From the sequence record ON528732: a stretch of DNA of 64,000 nucleotides, one strand, 5' to 3'. The translations under genes and the position numbers were made by a program. This stretch comes from Shigella phage ESh22. Shown piece after piece: positions 34,756-43,618 of this stretch (positions are counted from its first letter, which is position 1; each line of letters starts with the position of its first letter). The notes under the pieces are model-generated. The model was not told the origin of the DNA and made no database searches. It saw only the letters and a list, made by a program, of their open reading frames with translations.

Positions 34756-35047
34756 AGTCTTCGACCCTTATGCACCCCAAGATGATTGGGAAGCTGATAG
34801 AGAGTCTGAAATGGAAGCATACATAGCTGGAATGGATGTGGATGAGATGAAGTTCTATATCTCTGAGAAACTACACATTCACATGAAAAGAAACAATCTA
34901 TCACAAGTTCAGGTAGCAAAGATTTGTGAGATTTCTCAAGCAAGAGTTTCAAACATCTTAAACGGTAGCGGTAAAGTTTCTCTTGACTACATGATTAGTG
35001 TTTGTGATAAACTTGGTTTAAACTTCAACTTAAGTAAGGCAGATTGA
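34748..35047 (+). CDS. helix-turn-helix DNA-binding protein (XRE/Cro-like HTH)
   Basis: 99 aa; 'LSQVQVAKICEISQARVSNILNG' matches the HTH_XRE pattern. Confidence 0.5.
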   Translation: MNKVFDPYAPQDDWEADRESEMEAYIAGMDVDEMKFYISEKLHIHMKRNNLSQVQVAKICEISQARVSNILNGSGKVSLDYMISVCDKLGLNFNLSKAD

Positions 35048-35049
35048 TT

Positions 35050-35409
35050 ATGAAACGTAAGAATGCAATTTTCAACGACAACTTTGCACTTGGTTTCTAC
35101 GGGAAACCGACGAGTGCTGAGAAGTCATTTGGTGAAGAACTCTTGGGAGTCCTGAAGCAGATGTATCAAGAAGGAAGAATCAAGCATACTGAGAAGAGGC
35201 GTATTGCTGGTTATATGACAATTGGCTCCGCTATCTCTAACATTAAGCTTGAGACAACTTGTGCTCATGATGTTCGTAACAAGTTCATCAAAGAACTGGT
35301 TGGCAATATTGATGGTGTATCTGTTAAGGCTATCTGGCTAAATGTTGATGGGACTAACTACACCACGTTCACCTTTAAAAATGAGGATATTAAATGTCTC
35401 TTCCCGTAA
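35050..35409 (+). CDS. hypothetical protein (119 aa)
   Basis: ORF 35044..35409 trimmed to the first ATG. Confidence 0.45.
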   Translation: MKRKNAIFNDNFALGFYGKPTSAEKSFGEELLGVLKQMYQEGRIKHTEKRRIAGYMTIGSAISNIKLETTCAHDVRNKFIKELVGNIDGVSVKAIWLNVDGTNYTTFTFKNEDIKCLFP

Positions 35410-35897
35410 AACTGAACTTGTACTTTGGATACAATGTATTACAAGATTGTATTCTAAGCCTCCCTAAATCAGATTATCGTGCTGATTTAGGTTCTGTGAA
35501 ACGTGCTGCTCACTTCAACAACGTGATTTTTGGTCTCCAGAGTCTTTATCGTTGGCTTGAAGAAGACGGTCGCCTTAACGAGTACCTTCATAACCTAAAG
35601 ATTGCCAGAGAGAAAGGTCAAATGGGTTATGAGCTTCTTCCAAGACTCTACAAAGTTGGTAGTGTTAGTGAGCAACGTTGGAATGAGCAAGCTGTTGAGA
35701 GCTATAAGAGAGCCAATATAACTATTGGTACAAGAGCTTGGAAGGAATATGACGCTCTGCGTGAAATTATCTATCAAACAGTTGGTAAGAGAGTCTCTCA
35801 AGGTCTTTCTTATGACCAAAAGATTGACTGGAAGACTCAGAAGTGTATAAAATTCTTCAAGTTTGATAATGACAAAAACACCTTTGTAGAGGTATGA
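35394..35897 (+). CDS. hypothetical protein (167 aa)
   Basis: ORF track. Confidence 0.45.
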   Translation: MSLPVKLNLYFGYNVLQDCILSLPKSDYRADLGSVKRAAHFNNVIFGLQSLYRWLEEDGRLNEYLHNLKIAREKGQMGYELLPRLYKVGSVSEQRWNEQAVESYKRANITIGTRAWKEYDALREIIYQTVGKRVSQGLSYDQKIDWKTQKCIKFFKFDNDKNTFVEV

Positions 35898-35898
35898 C

Positions 35899-36420
35899 AT
35901 GCAAAAGATTGGAATCAACTTACTGCTCCCAGAAGCATCAATGTTGAGAGGTATTATCACCACTCACCTTGAAACCAAAAAGTCACAAGAAGGTGAAATA
36001 CTGATTAAAACAAACTATGATGCAGGAACTATTGAGTTGGTTGATGAAGATACTGGGGACTCACTTTGTATTCTTCCTGCTCATCTGTTCGCAACTGAGT
36101 TCAGAGATGCTAAATCAATCTCTGTAAAGACTGAAGCAAGCATTGACTTGTATGAAGGGACTCAGTACCCTAAATCCTTCAAAGCTCTTTTGAACATCTT
36201 CATAGATGATATCAGAGAGGTTGTGAAGCCATACATAGGCCGACATGTAGTTAACGCAACCTGTGAAAACAATTATTACATTCGCTTAGTAGGTGACTTA
36301 GGTTCTATGGACTTCCTAAGCTTTATACCCAAGCACTTTGAAGATTTCTTATCAAGTGAGTGTGATGATTTAGACTTCGTAGTTGATATCCAGCAAACTT
36401 TTAAGGTAAACAAAAAATGA
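35899..36420 (+). CDS. hypothetical protein (173 aa)
   Basis: ORF track. Confidence 0.45.
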   Translation: MQKIGINLLLPEASMLRGIITTHLETKKSQEGEILIKTNYDAGTIELVDEDTGDSLCILPAHLFATEFRDAKSISVKTEASIDLYEGTQYPKSFKALLNIFIDDIREVVKPYIGRHVVNATCENNYYIRLVGDLGSMDFLSFIPKHFEDFLSSECDDLDFVVDIQQTFKVNKK

Positions 36421-36689
36421 AACTTTTTGAGAAGTTTGAGCAATGCTACAACCAAGATGGTGAACCTCTAAAATGCCCCCATTGTGGGGGTACAAATTTC
36501 CAAGGTGAGATTACAGAGATTGTGGCAGGGAACGTAGCAGAAGAGTACACACGTTGCACTGATTGTGACAACATCATCTCTTTCTGGGCTTATGGCAGTT
36601 ATCAACCACAACCACGCTTAGTATTCCATCCAGTAAAAACTGTGAAGAATATTGCTAACTGGTTTATTGTAAAAGGGTTCACACAATGA
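36417..36689 (+). CDS. small zinc-ribbon protein (90 aa)
   Basis: CPHCGG ... CTDCD Cys4 arrangement. Confidence 0.45.
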   Translation: MKLFEKFEQCYNQDGEPLKCPHCGGTNFQGEITEIVAGNVAEEYTRCTDCDNIISFWAYGSYQPQPRLVFHPVKTVKNIANWFIVKGFTQ

Positions 36690-37231
36690 TTAAATTGGTT
36701 TTTGCAAACGGTCTTAACGGGGAGTTTGGTTGCCCCTCTGGTATGCCTTGGCCTCGTAATAAGCAAGATATGCAAGAGTTCAAGAGGATTACTACAGGTC
36801 AATTGGTAGTTATGGGTAATGACACTTTCAAGAGTCTTGGAAGTAAACCTTTACCAGACCGTGATAATCTTGTTCTGACAAACTCATTACCGTATGAAGG
36901 TATAGATTTTGGTAGAGAAGATGTAATGTTTGCTAAGGTTCACCCAGACGCTTTTGGGGCATTCTTAAAACATCTGGATAGTAGTATTGAGCAAGATGTT
37001 TGTATAATTGGTGGAGCAGGTATTCTTATCCAAGCTTTACCATATGCAGATGCAATTTGTCAAACATATATCCGTGAAGTGACTGAAGAAGCAACTGTTA
37101 AGCTGCCTTATAAGGGTTTCTTTGAGCACTTGTATGACGAGTCAACTTTTGCTAGAATACAGTCAAAACCGTCGAAAGATGACAGCGTTGTATTCAACAT
37201 TTATGTTCCACAAGTAAGAGGACGTTTCTAA
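36686..37231 (+). CDS. frd: dihydrofolate reductase
   Basis: 181 aa; N-terminal 'MIKLVFANGLNGEFGCPSGMPW' DHFR signature; immediately upstream of thymidylate synthase. Confidence 0.8.
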   Translation: MIKLVFANGLNGEFGCPSGMPWPRNKQDMQEFKRITTGQLVVMGNDTFKSLGSKPLPDRDNLVLTNSLPYEGIDFGREDVMFAKVHPDAFGAFLKHLDSSIEQDVCIIGGAGILIQALPYADAICQTYIREVTEEATVKLPYKGFFEHLYDESTFARIQSKPSKDDSVVFNIYVPQVRGRF

Positions 37232-37232
37232 T

Positions 37233-38132
37233 ATGTCACAAGCAGATGTAAGCTACAAAGGGATTCTCAACCATGTTCTTTCTGTTGGTGAAGAACGTAA
37301 AACCAGAACTGGAAAGGTTATTACAACGTTTGCACCTCCAGAGTTTCGTTTTGACATGCGTAGTGGTTTCCCATTAATTACTTCAAAGCAAACCTTCATG
37401 CGTCAAGTTTTAGGTGAAGCATTGTGGTTTTTGAATGGTGAAAACAAGTTGGGTGATTTACGCTACAGAACTTGGGGAGAGAACGATGGAGAGCGTTGGA
37501 CTATCTGGACAGATGATTTTGAACGTTGGTTAAAGACAACCTATGCAACTGAAAATGATTGGTTGGAAGACGCAGGTGGGCGAATCTATGGTGTCCAATG
37601 GAGGTCTTTTGAGGGGCATGGTGGGGTTGTCGTTGACCAGTTGAGTAATCTTGTGGATAAGATGAAAAAGTCTCCTACAGACCGTTACATGCTGGTTAAC
37701 GCATGGAATGCAGCAGATATCTCAAGCAACTCTATGGCATTAGCACCTTGTCATGTTCTTTTCCAGATTTATATCTCGAATACTGGAGAGGTTGACTTGA
37801 AATGGTATCAACGTTCATGTGATACGTTCTTAGGTTTACCATTTAACATTGCTTCTTATGGGTTTATCTTGCAAGTTCTTTGTAAGATGACAGGATTAAC
37901 TCCACGTTATCTTGTTGGTACTTTTGGTGATACCCAGATTTATCTGAACCATATGCAGCAAGTTTATCAGTTGTTAGGTAACGAAGATTACCCAGCACCT
38001 AAGTTTGAGATTGATGTTGAGTTAAACAGTATTGATGACCTGAAGCACTTAACAGCAAGTGACTTTATAGGTGGTTTGAAAGATTACCGACATGCTGGTA
38101 AGATTGAAGCTCCCTTGTCAGTAGGTAAGTAG
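37233..38132 (+). CDS. td: thymidylate synthase
   Basis: 299 aa; active-site region 'LAPCHVLFQIY' with catalytic Cys; uninterrupted ORF (no intron). Confidence 0.85.
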   Translation: MSQADVSYKGILNHVLSVGEERKTRTGKVITTFAPPEFRFDMRSGFPLITSKQTFMRQVLGEALWFLNGENKLGDLRYRTWGENDGERWTIWTDDFERWLKTTYATENDWLEDAGGRIYGVQWRSFEGHGGVVVDQLSNLVDKMKKSPTDRYMLVNAWNAADISSNSMALAPCHVLFQIYISNTGEVDLKWYQRSCDTFLGLPFNIASYGFILQVLCKMTGLTPRYLVGTFGDTQIYLNHMQQVYQLLGNEDYPAPKFEIDVELNSIDDLKHLTASDFIGGLKDYRHAGKIEAPLSVGK

Positions 38133-38135
38133 ATA

Positions 38136-38166
38136 CAAAAAAGGCTCCTTTTTACGGGAGCCTTAG
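38136..38166. terminator. bidirectional intrinsic terminator between convergent td (+) and the minus-strand late genes
   Basis: AAGGCUCC-loop-GGGAGCCUU hairpin flanked by A6 on one side and U-rich sequence on the other. Confidence 0.55.
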
Positions 38167-38168
38167 CA

Positions 38169-38543
38169 TTATTTCTTTTTAACATTCTGTGTATTTTGTT
38201 CGGTAATTGCTTGTAAAGCTGATACAGACTGTGCTAAGTTGTTCACACTATCTGAGAATTTATCAAGGGTTTTGGTCAACTTAGCGTTTTCCCCTTTAAC
38301 GTTCTCTAACTGCACTTTCTGGTTTTCCATCCCTAACTGAAGGAGTTTCATATCAGACTGTAAATCACGAATAGCTGAATAGTTACCTTTTGAGTAACCA
38401 TCCAACTGTTGTAACTTTGTGTTGATAGAAACTTCTTGCTTTCCATCAGAGACCTGCATCGTAGTGTACATACCAATTACACTGAAAATACCTACAACAA
38501 TTGCGCCAATGTTGTTCTTAAAAGCCTCTTCAATCCACTTCAT
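38169..38543 (-). CDS. membrane protein with N-terminal TM helix and coiled-coil periplasmic domain (124 aa); lysis-related candidate
   Basis: TM 'IGAIVVGIFSVIGMYTTM' then heptad-rich charged sequence; directly follows a small membrane protein, downstream of the tail-fibre genes. Confidence 0.4.
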   Translation of the reverse strand: MKWIEEAFKNNIGAIVVGIFSVIGMYTTMQVSDGKQEVSINTKLQQLDGYSKGNYSAIRDLQSDMKLLQLGMENQKVQLENVKGENAKLTKTLDKFSDSVNNLAQSVSALQAITEQNTQNVKKK

Positions 38544-38737
38544 TATTTTTCACCCTTAAAAGCCTTTTCCAAGGTATCTACAAATTCATCATCAATAGGT
38601 GTGTCTGTTTTACTCGCAAGGTATCTTGCAAGCTTGAAGAACACTTTTTCAATCATGTATTCGCTAAGAAGAGAAAGTAGAAGCTTCCAGAAGAATGCCC
38701 CAAGATTTTTCAAGAGGATTGCTAGAATGGTTGGCAT
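38543..38737 (-). CDS. small hydrophobic membrane protein (64 aa); holin candidate
   Basis: N-terminal hydrophobic segment 'ILAILLKNLGAFFWKLLLSLL', charged C-terminus; AAGGTGA RBS. Confidence 0.35.
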   Translation of the reverse strand: MPTILAILLKNLGAFFWKLLLSLLSEYMIEKVFFKLARYLASKTDTPIDDEFVDTLEKAFKGEK

Positions 38738-38759
38738 TTAATCACCTTACTTCTTAAGC

Positions 38760-38815
38760 CAAGATGGTGAGAATACCTACTAAGAAATATTAACACCATC
38801 TTGACAGTTAGTCAA
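38760..38815. repeat. inverted repeat (10-bp arms CAAGATGGTG / CACCATCTTG, 24-nt loop) followed by palindrome TTGAC-agtta-GTCAA
   Basis: Perfect 10-bp inverted repeat at 38760-38769 / 38794-38803; palindrome at 38801-38815; intergenic between the tail-fibre stop and the next gene. Confidence 0.5.
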
Positions 38816-38823
38816 CAAGGTAA

Positions 38824-41199
38824 TTATGCAGTTCTTACCCAAGCCATTAGTTTAATGTAAGTGTTAAGAACACTGAATGCTGCACCAGAACCAGTCGCAC
38901 CAGTGTCACCACTGAATGTGTGGTTGTGTCCACCAATGCCTACACCGTGAGCATGAGCACCTACCCAACTTGTTCTACCTGTCCAAGTTCTGGAAGCATA
39001 GAAGTTAACTGGCGCACCATAAGTGAAGTTAGAACCTGTCCAGCTATGCAAACCTTGGCTACCACTCATTGCAAAAGCACCGTCTGCAACGTAGAACGAG
39101 TTATTATCACTTCTAAACCATCCAAAGTTACCAGAGATTTCCATATTACCTCTGTCATGGTCGTGAGCACCCTGACCATCTGTGTACTTAGTTCCATAGT
39201 CAAACCAAGAAGTTGTCCCAGAGAAGCCGTGAGTGTGTGCAGGGATGTGACCAACACTTAATGCAACCGTATCAGCACCACCAAGACCTTTCACATCAGA
39301 GCCATTTTCAGAACCAATCCTAATAGTTCTGTTTGCACCCTCAGTTAAGTAAGTCCAAGTAGTGCCTGGGAAAGCTGTATTTGGGTTGACATTAGAAGCA
39401 AAGAACGTCACAATACCAACTGGATACACTTTCTTAAGGTCTGTAGCATCAGTTACAGCGGAAGCAATACGTTGGTCTACTTCAGCCTTGGTGTAAGCAC
39501 CAAGTTCAGAAGGTGTAGGCTTAGCCTTATCTGTATAGATTTTAGTCCAAAACTCTTCAAAACCAACACTATCCCTTGCTGTTCTATAGTAGATTCCACC
39601 ATTTTTGTATTCGAACCTAAGCTGTGCAGAAGGTGTAGATGCACCAATTCCAAGGTGCATTTGGTAAACTAAGTGAGATGAACCACCACTTGCACTTGTA
39701 ACATTGTACAAACCTGTTTTTGCATCCCAAGCAACACCTGTGCCATCACCTACTTCTGTTCCAGTTCCAGATACACCAGACAACATATATCTTGAGTTTG
39801 CAGCAGATTGTGTGTAGTATCTTGAGTCAAAGTTTGACCAATCGCTTGGTCTTACTTGTCCAACAATATTCACATGTGTATTCACATCTAAATCAGTACC
39901 AATATTGATTGCCTTTCCTGTTACATCATTGTTAAGTACCACATTGTTTTGACCAGCATCACCAATACCCAACCACCATCTCCTGCTCCCATTAGCATTA
40001 TGTGCAGACATGTAGATTCCAGAGTCTTGTACTGTTGCCTGTAGTCTAAAAGGATTGTCGCTGTCAGTATTGATAGTCTGTGGACTAGTAAAAACGTTTG
40101 CAGCATTAGTTCTTGCAAGAACGTTCGTCAAAGAGCTTGGAACATATCTTGTATCAAAGTTAGAAAAGTCACTTGGTTTTACCTGACCAGCTACATTGAT
40201 AGCTTTGTTAAATGAAAACTCTGTAGCAATTTTCAAGTTAACATTTGTCATCTGGTTTGCTAAAACAATCTCAGACTGCGTACCATCTGGTTGACCTACA
40301 TACCAAGTTCCTGTCCCAGCACTGTTATAACCACGCATAAATAATGCAGCATTCTCTGTAACCGCTCTTAAGTTAAGTGCATTACTATCTGCAATAACAT
40401 AAGTCTTACCATTGAAGTTGTTAACCCCAACAAAGTTATTACTTGCATTAAGTTTTGCAAATCTCTGGTCAGCAGCAGTCTGTGTAAAGAATCTTGCATC
40501 AAGGTTATTCCAGTTATTAGGCTGAACCTGTCCATTGATTTCAAAATTCTTATCAACACTAACAGAGTTTGTGCCAAGAGTCAACGTAGCACCCTTGCTA
40601 TTAACTAATGTAACATCAGTACTAGAAGTCAAGTTACCAACTGTGAATCTTAAAGCATTATTTGAATCCCTTGCTTCAATATATGCTCCACCATCTGGTA
40701 AGATACTTTTAAGTGTTAGACCAACACCGTTGATATTAATGATTTGTCTTGCCAAGAAAGTATTTTCAGTTTCCTTCATAGCATATCTTGCATCATTTTC
40801 AATATTAGTTCTCATACCTAATTCATTAGGAGATGGTTTATTAAGTGTGTGATAAACTGTTGCAGACCTTGTGGCATCGTTTACAGTTAATCTTAAAGCA
40901 CTCGCATTAATTCTAAAGGTTTTGGCAGTGTCACCAAGAATAACCTCAGAAGAACCTGTTGGGTCTAATAAGTCTTTTCCACCGTATCTTAATTTAACGA
41001 TTCCAAGATTCCCTACCATATCTCCACCAGTTAGTTGTAAGAATCTTTCTAGTTTGAAAGAGGCAAGGAAATTTGCATAGGTCATTTTACGGTCTTCATC
41101 ACCAAGCATATCAGACCTTTTGATAACTCTTAGGTGAAGTAAATCTTCTGAGCGAACTGTGTCAATACTGTTTAGCTCACTTAGCTTATATTCAGCCAT
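38824..41199 (-). CDS. tail fibre protein (long, His-rich C-terminal receptor-binding region)
   Basis: 791 aa; Gly/Ser/Thr/Asn-rich repetitive body; C-terminal HxH repeats (HIPAHTHGF, GAHDHD, GAHAHGVGIGGHNHTF); ends '...MAWVRTA' like the neighbouring fibre. Confidence 0.7.
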   Translation of the reverse strand: MAEYKLSELNSIDTVRSEDLLHLRVIKRSDMLGDEDRKMTYANFLASFKLERFLQLTGGDMVGNLGIVKLRYGGKDLLDPTGSSEVILGDTAKTFRINASALRLTVNDATRSATVYHTLNKPSPNELGMRTNIENDARYAMKETENTFLARQIININGVGLTLKSILPDGGAYIEARDSNNALRFTVGNLTSSTDVTLVNSKGATLTLGTNSVSVDKNFEINGQVQPNNWNNLDARFFTQTAADQRFAKLNASNNFVGVNNFNGKTYVIADSNALNLRAVTENAALFMRGYNSAGTGTWYVGQPDGTQSEIVLANQMTNVNLKIATEFSFNKAINVAGQVKPSDFSNFDTRYVPSSLTNVLARTNAANVFTSPQTINTDSDNPFRLQATVQDSGIYMSAHNANGSRRWWLGIGDAGQNNVVLNNDVTGKAINIGTDLDVNTHVNIVGQVRPSDWSNFDSRYYTQSAANSRYMLSGVSGTGTEVGDGTGVAWDAKTGLYNVTSASGGSSHLVYQMHLGIGASTPSAQLRFEYKNGGIYYRTARDSVGFEEFWTKIYTDKAKPTPSELGAYTKAEVDQRIASAVTDATDLKKVYPVGIVTFFASNVNPNTAFPGTTWTYLTEGANRTIRIGSENGSDVKGLGGADTVALSVGHIPAHTHGFSGTTSWFDYGTKYTDGQGAHDHDRGNMEISGNFGWFRSDNNSFYVADGAFAMSGSQGLHSWTGSNFTYGAPVNFYASRTWTGRTSWVGAHAHGVGIGGHNHTFSGDTGATGSGAAFSVLNTYIKLMAWVRTA

Positions 41200-41211
41200 T
41201 TATAAATCCTC

Positions 41212-41242
41212 TTTCTAGGGGCTGTGCAGCCCCTTATAAAAT
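41212..41242 (-). promoter_or_regulatory. GGGGCUG-CAC-CAGCCCC hairpin element between the two tail-fibre genes (no U-tract)
   Basis: Same GGGGCUG/CAGCCCC stem as the elements at 4190 and 9049; flanked by a TAGAAAG box and the AAGAGG RBS. Confidence 0.4.
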
Positions 41243-41244
41243 AA

Positions 41245-42420
41245 TTACGCAGTTCTCTTCCAAACATATACAACATAAGAAGGTTGCTCAATATTAAATG
41301 CTTGTCCAGCACCAAATGCACCAGTTGTGCCTGAGTGAGTGTGTTCAGAAGATTGAACTGTCACAGTACCAGAGTGTCCATGCGAACCAATTACAACACT
41401 GTGTCCATGTGCTCCAATATACACACTGTGAGAGTGGTTACCACCAACTGAAGAGTTAACGTTGAATGTATGTGTATGAACCCCATCAAAGTCTGTATAT
41501 GACGCATTACCAATACCTGCATCAGCCGATGCTGTGATAGCGTTCACACCACCCCTGTCAGAACCCCTCAATGGAATCCTGTGGCTGTGACTACCAGCAC
41601 TGCTTACAGAACCATTAACGTTATGAGCGTGGCTTCCAGAGTCATTTGTGGCCTTAGAATCATAATCAAAACTTGATGTGTTCCTAATCCCATAGTCAAA
41701 GCTAGAAATTACTACTGTTGCATTATGAGAGTGCCCACCACCAGTTAGCAACACAGAGTGTGTGTGACTTGGAATGTTATTTTGTGTAAGTGTTGCAGTA
41801 GCAGAACCAAATACTGATTCTACAGGTCTTGTATCTGTGTCATAACCAACAAGAGACCTTCCTTTAGAAACTAACTCCCAAGTACCACCACAAAGTAAAT
41901 ATGTAGTTGGGTTCGCAGGGTTAACTGATAAATGAATAGTACCAATTGGATAGCTATCCTGAATAGCTCTGTATAAAGCATTCACAGCTTTTGCAGTAGC
42001 ATACTTATCAGCATCTTCAGAATAAGAGTTTGAATATGTCCAGTTTTGGATATTAGACAAACCTACTTGAATCTTGTTGGTGTTGTGAGGATTATTCTTG
42101 TCATTAATGTGGTTCTGGATAAGAGTATTGACTTCATCACTTGATAGAATATTAAGATTCTGTCTAGCCTCTTCAACACTGACCACATCTGACAAGTTAT
42201 TAGCAGCCACTAATTGGAGTGCGTTAACAACATTCCCAAGGTCTACGTGAACCTTTGTAACACCGTGTGGGTTATTTCTCAAAGATGCGTGTGGAGCAAG
42301 TAATTGCTCAAGTGTGCATCGCCTATCCTCAATACCTTGCTTAAGGTGAAAGATATCACTTAAATCAATAGGTAATGAGGCTTGAGGTAATGCACTAATT
42401 TGAATTTCACCGACTGCCAT
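41245..42420 (-). CDS. tail fibre / receptor-binding protein with dense HxH repeats
   Basis: 391 aa; 'GGGHSHNATV', 'GSHAHNVNG', 'GSHSHRIP', 'VHTHTFNVN', 'GNHSHSVYIGAHGHSVVIGSHGHSG', 'EHTHSG'; C-terminus '...YVVYVWKRTA'. Confidence 0.7.
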   Translation of the reverse strand: MAVGEIQISALPQASLPIDLSDIFHLKQGIEDRRCTLEQLLAPHASLRNNPHGVTKVHVDLGNVVNALQLVAANNLSDVVSVEEARQNLNILSSDEVNTLIQNHINDKNNPHNTNKIQVGLSNIQNWTYSNSYSEDADKYATAKAVNALYRAIQDSYPIGTIHLSVNPANPTTYLLCGGTWELVSKGRSLVGYDTDTRPVESVFGSATATLTQNNIPSHTHSVLLTGGGHSHNATVVISSFDYGIRNTSSFDYDSKATNDSGSHAHNVNGSVSSAGSHSHRIPLRGSDRGGVNAITASADAGIGNASYTDFDGVHTHTFNVNSSVGGNHSHSVYIGAHGHSVVIGSHGHSGTVTVQSSEHTHSGTTGAFGAGQAFNIEQPSYVVYVWKRTA

Positions 42421-42422
42421 TA

Positions 42423-42722
42423 TTAGCTCCCTTTATATTCATATGTGTAAAGGTTAGTAGTGCTGGTGTGTGCAGTCCCTGTTACTGTGTCAATTAATTC
42501 CCAACCATTGGCAACTAAATCAGGTTGCTCCGTAGCAAATGAACGAACCTCTCCAACCGTACCATTTACTTTATTAAGCAAATAGTTGATAATATAGTTG
42601 AACCACTGACGACCCATAGGCTCACCCCTTAATAGGCCAGTGGCTTGAATTTCTGGAGGTGGTAAAACTTTAAGCTGGTTACCATCAGCATCCACTGTGT
42701 CTGTAGACCATGAAAGAGACAT
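42423..42722 (-). CDS. hypothetical tail/baseplate-associated protein (99 aa)
   Basis: ORF track; inside the structural operon. Confidence 0.45.
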   Translation of the reverse strand: MSLSWSTDTVDADGNQLKVLPPPEIQATGLLRGEPMGRQWFNYIINYLLNKVNGTVGEVRSFATEQPDLVANGWELIDTVTGTAHTSTTNLYTYEYKGS

Positions 42723-43618
42723 TATGAACTTCCTTCTTGTTGAGATTTATCTTTTCTGCCTTTGACGATTTGGGCGACTTCTGCCATAACCCCATAATCA
42801 CCACCCGCTACTGTTTCTTTACCAGCAATAAAATAGTCGTTGCTATTGTTTGTTTTGCTGACTTTTAAATAATCTTTACTGGCACTGCCACCAGTTTTAT
42901 CAACTCTGACATAACCATCTCTTACACCTGCATCTGCAAAACTACCTAATTTATTTGCTTCTAGGGAGCCACCTGTGTTGTTCGTAATTAGACCCTTGTT
43001 AGTGTTGGTTACGAACCAGTTGTTGCTCTCATCAGTGATTGCCAGAGATGAATCAGCAACCTCTACAGGAGTCCAAGCAGTACCATTTAAGGTAACATCT
43101 CTAAGGATAACTGCTGAACCAATAGTTGTTGCAGCAATCTTAGAAAGCGTGTATGCTGTATCTAACACATTATTACGAGTGTTTACACGGACAACAATCC
43201 CACCAGTCTTTGGCGTAATATGCTCAAAAATCTGGCTGAATGAGGCATCGTAAAGAGTCATGACAGCTTTTTGTAAAAAGCTTGGTGTAGTGTCAGAACG
43301 TCTTAAGAAAATTTGAATGTAGAGGATAGCTCTGTAAGTGTCATCATCAGCACCAATAGGTCTAGGGACTTTAATTAAAGCCCCGATGTTATCAAGTTGT
43401 GTGCCAACACCTACACGAATATTCCTTTCAGTATATAACTGATTACTAATATCCTCTAATAATTGTAACTCATCTGTGATAGATTTCAATAGGCTTGTGT
43501 AGATAAACTTGTCTTTGAATTGAGTTACAGTTCTTTCGTCCAATGTTTTCTCATAAAAGTTTTCAATCTTTTTAAACATTGTTACTCCTTGGCAATTGTA
43601 TACTGTGAGCTTTCCCAA
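42722..43618 (-). CDS. baseplate/tail-fibre-associated structural protein (298 aa)
   Basis: ORF track; position between the baseplate J-like gene and the fibres. Confidence 0.45.
   Translation of the reverse strand: MGKLTVYNCQGVTMFKKIENFYEKTLDERTVTQFKDKFIYTSLLKSITDELQLLEDISNQLYTERNIRVGVGTQLDNIGALIKVPRPIGADDDTYRAILYIQIFLRRSDTTPSFLQKAVMTLYDASFSQIFEHITPKTGGIVVRVNTRNNVLDTAYTLSKIAATTIGSAVILRDVTLNGTAWTPVEVADSSLAITDESNNWFVTNTNKGLITNNTGGSLEANKLGSFADAGVRDGYVRVDKTGGSASKDYLKVSKTNNSNDYFIAGKETVAGGDYGVMAEVAQIVKGRKDKSQQEGSS

Noticed and set aside
37233-38132. Group I introns in td, nrdB or nrdD (as in T4)
   Set aside because: All three ORFs are continuous with conserved motifs in a single frame; no interruption or internal endonuclease ORF was seen.
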